Notes under the pieces: generated by a model
The model's input: only the letters and a program-made list of their open reading frames with translations
Told to the model about the DNA's origin: nothing
Databases searched by the model: none
Position numbers and translations under genes: made by a program
Assembly: GCA_963765765.1 (NCBI GenBank)
Contig: CAVXYC010000007.1
Coordinates: 32,001-96,000 of the forward strand
Origin: an uncultured Chloroflexia bacterium
Lineage (GTDB): Bacteria > Chloroflexota > UBA6077 > JACCZL01
Reading direction: 5' to 3'
DNA length: 64,000 nucleotides
Shown here: positions 63,279 to 64,000 of the stretch, piece by piece
How the letters are laid out: the number at the start of each line of letters is the position of its first letter
Numbering within the stretch: the first letter of the stretch is position 1

Positions 63279-63662
63279 CTAAGTCAGAAGCGGCACATCG
63301 TACGCCGCGAATGCGCGGTCAGATGACACAAGAGTCAATCCTTCGACGAGCGCCTGAGCAATCAGAAGTCGATCAAAAGGGTCACCGTGATGTCGCGGAA
63401 GCCACGCCGCGTGCGCGGCGTGGCGTGCCGTTATCGGAAGCTCGGTAAAGCCATTTGCCTCGATGGCGCCTAGTACGTCTGTTTCGCCGAGGTCCAGTCT
63501 CCCAGCGGCACTCTTGACAGAGACTTCCCAAACGGTGGCCGCGCTTATGTGGACGATCGAGTCTGTGTCGGCAATGCAATCTCGCGCCGAGATGCTGAGA
63601 TTCGCATCATCATTGAGCCACCATAAATAGGCATGCGTGTCGAGGAGAATTCTCAGAGTCAT
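63279..63662 (-). CDS. vapC: PIN-domain toxin VapC
   Basis: LLDTH..LW, WE, HHGDPFDRLLIAQA. Confidence 0.95.
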   Translation of the reverse strand: MTLRILLDTHAYLWWLNDDANLSISARDCIADTDSIVHISAATVWEVSVKSAAGRLDLGETDVLGAIEANGFTELPITARHAAHAAWLPRHHGDPFDRLLIAQALVEGLTLVSSDRAFAAYDVPLLT

Positions 63663-63886
63663 TCGCTGAACGCGCGCTCGAATTCACTATCCAGAGGGGC
63701 GTCAAAGTCAGGGTGAATTCGAATCTGGCCCTTATACATACCGGGACGCCGAGCCAGAGCTTTCATCGGAACGATTCTCGCGACTGGCCGGCCGTTCCGT
63801 GCAATCACGATCTCTTCGCCACGCTCGACCCGTTCGAGCAGCCGTGAGAGCTGCGTTTTGGCTTCGTGCACATTTACCGAGTCCAT
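63659..63886 (-). CDS. Phd/YefM-family antitoxin
   Basis: VNVHEAKTQLSRLL..VE.GEEIVIAR.G.PVA. Confidence 0.95.
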   Translation of the reverse strand: MDSVNVHEAKTQLSRLLERVERGEEIVIARNGRPVARIVPMKALARRPGMYKGQIRIHPDFDAPLDSEFERAFSE

Positions 63887-63894
63887 ACAAGCGA

Positions 63895-63921
63895 GCTTAG
63901 CATACTTAGCTAGACTTAGTC
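63895..63921. promoter_or_regulatory. Candidate TA operator
   Basis: Three CTTAG direct repeats (63896, 63905, 63915) just upstream of the antitoxin. Confidence 0.5.
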
Positions 63922-64000
63922 ATACCGATCTCCAGCGATCATAAAGATCCGATAACAGTCGCTCCGCCTGAAACCGTTTCGCTTGATGTGCTCAAGCCTA

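Noticed and set aside
63945-63972. AGATCCGATAA as another dif-like site
   Set aside because: No CCCCCA spacer and no TTAT right arm. The same applies to CCGATAA/TTATCGG hits inside coding regions.

Overview
GC-rich bacterial window, probably a Chloroflexota genome or MAG (inferred from gene content). Many single-base frameshifts in homopolymers point to long-read errors. No rRNA, tRNA, CRISPR array, integrase or intact transposase was seen. Left part: a phosphate locus (pit, phoB-phoR ... phoX) is split by a ~9.3-kb accessory island. The island is punctuated by four directly repeated, palindromic 28-bp dif/Xer-like sites (11-6-11, consensus nGTTCCGATAA-CCCCCA-TTATCGGAACn) at 3900, 5153, 9624 and 13094. 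They bound three gene modules: (1) an orphan ABC substrate-binding protein; (2) an arsR-aquaglyceroporin-arsC-arsC operon, a hypothetical protein, a UGA-containing (probable selenocysteine) glutaredoxin, a truncated ynfA and a SnoaL protein; (3) a ferritin-like diiron protein, a DUF2703-like protein and a SigZ-like sigma factor. This cassette-like array is the best candidate for an undescribed system. Further along are ftsH, a yybP-ykoY Mn riboswitch ahead of a Zn-ribbon protein, a GT39 and an amidase. A cupredoxin-like lipoprotein and an amino-acid ABC binding protein share a near-identical, inverted 5' end. The rest holds Ku-LigD, a Mo-hydroxylase/UbiD/dioxygenase catabolic neighbourhood, a GT87-glycoside hydrolase operon, vapBC, a MITE and several REP-like palindrome families.
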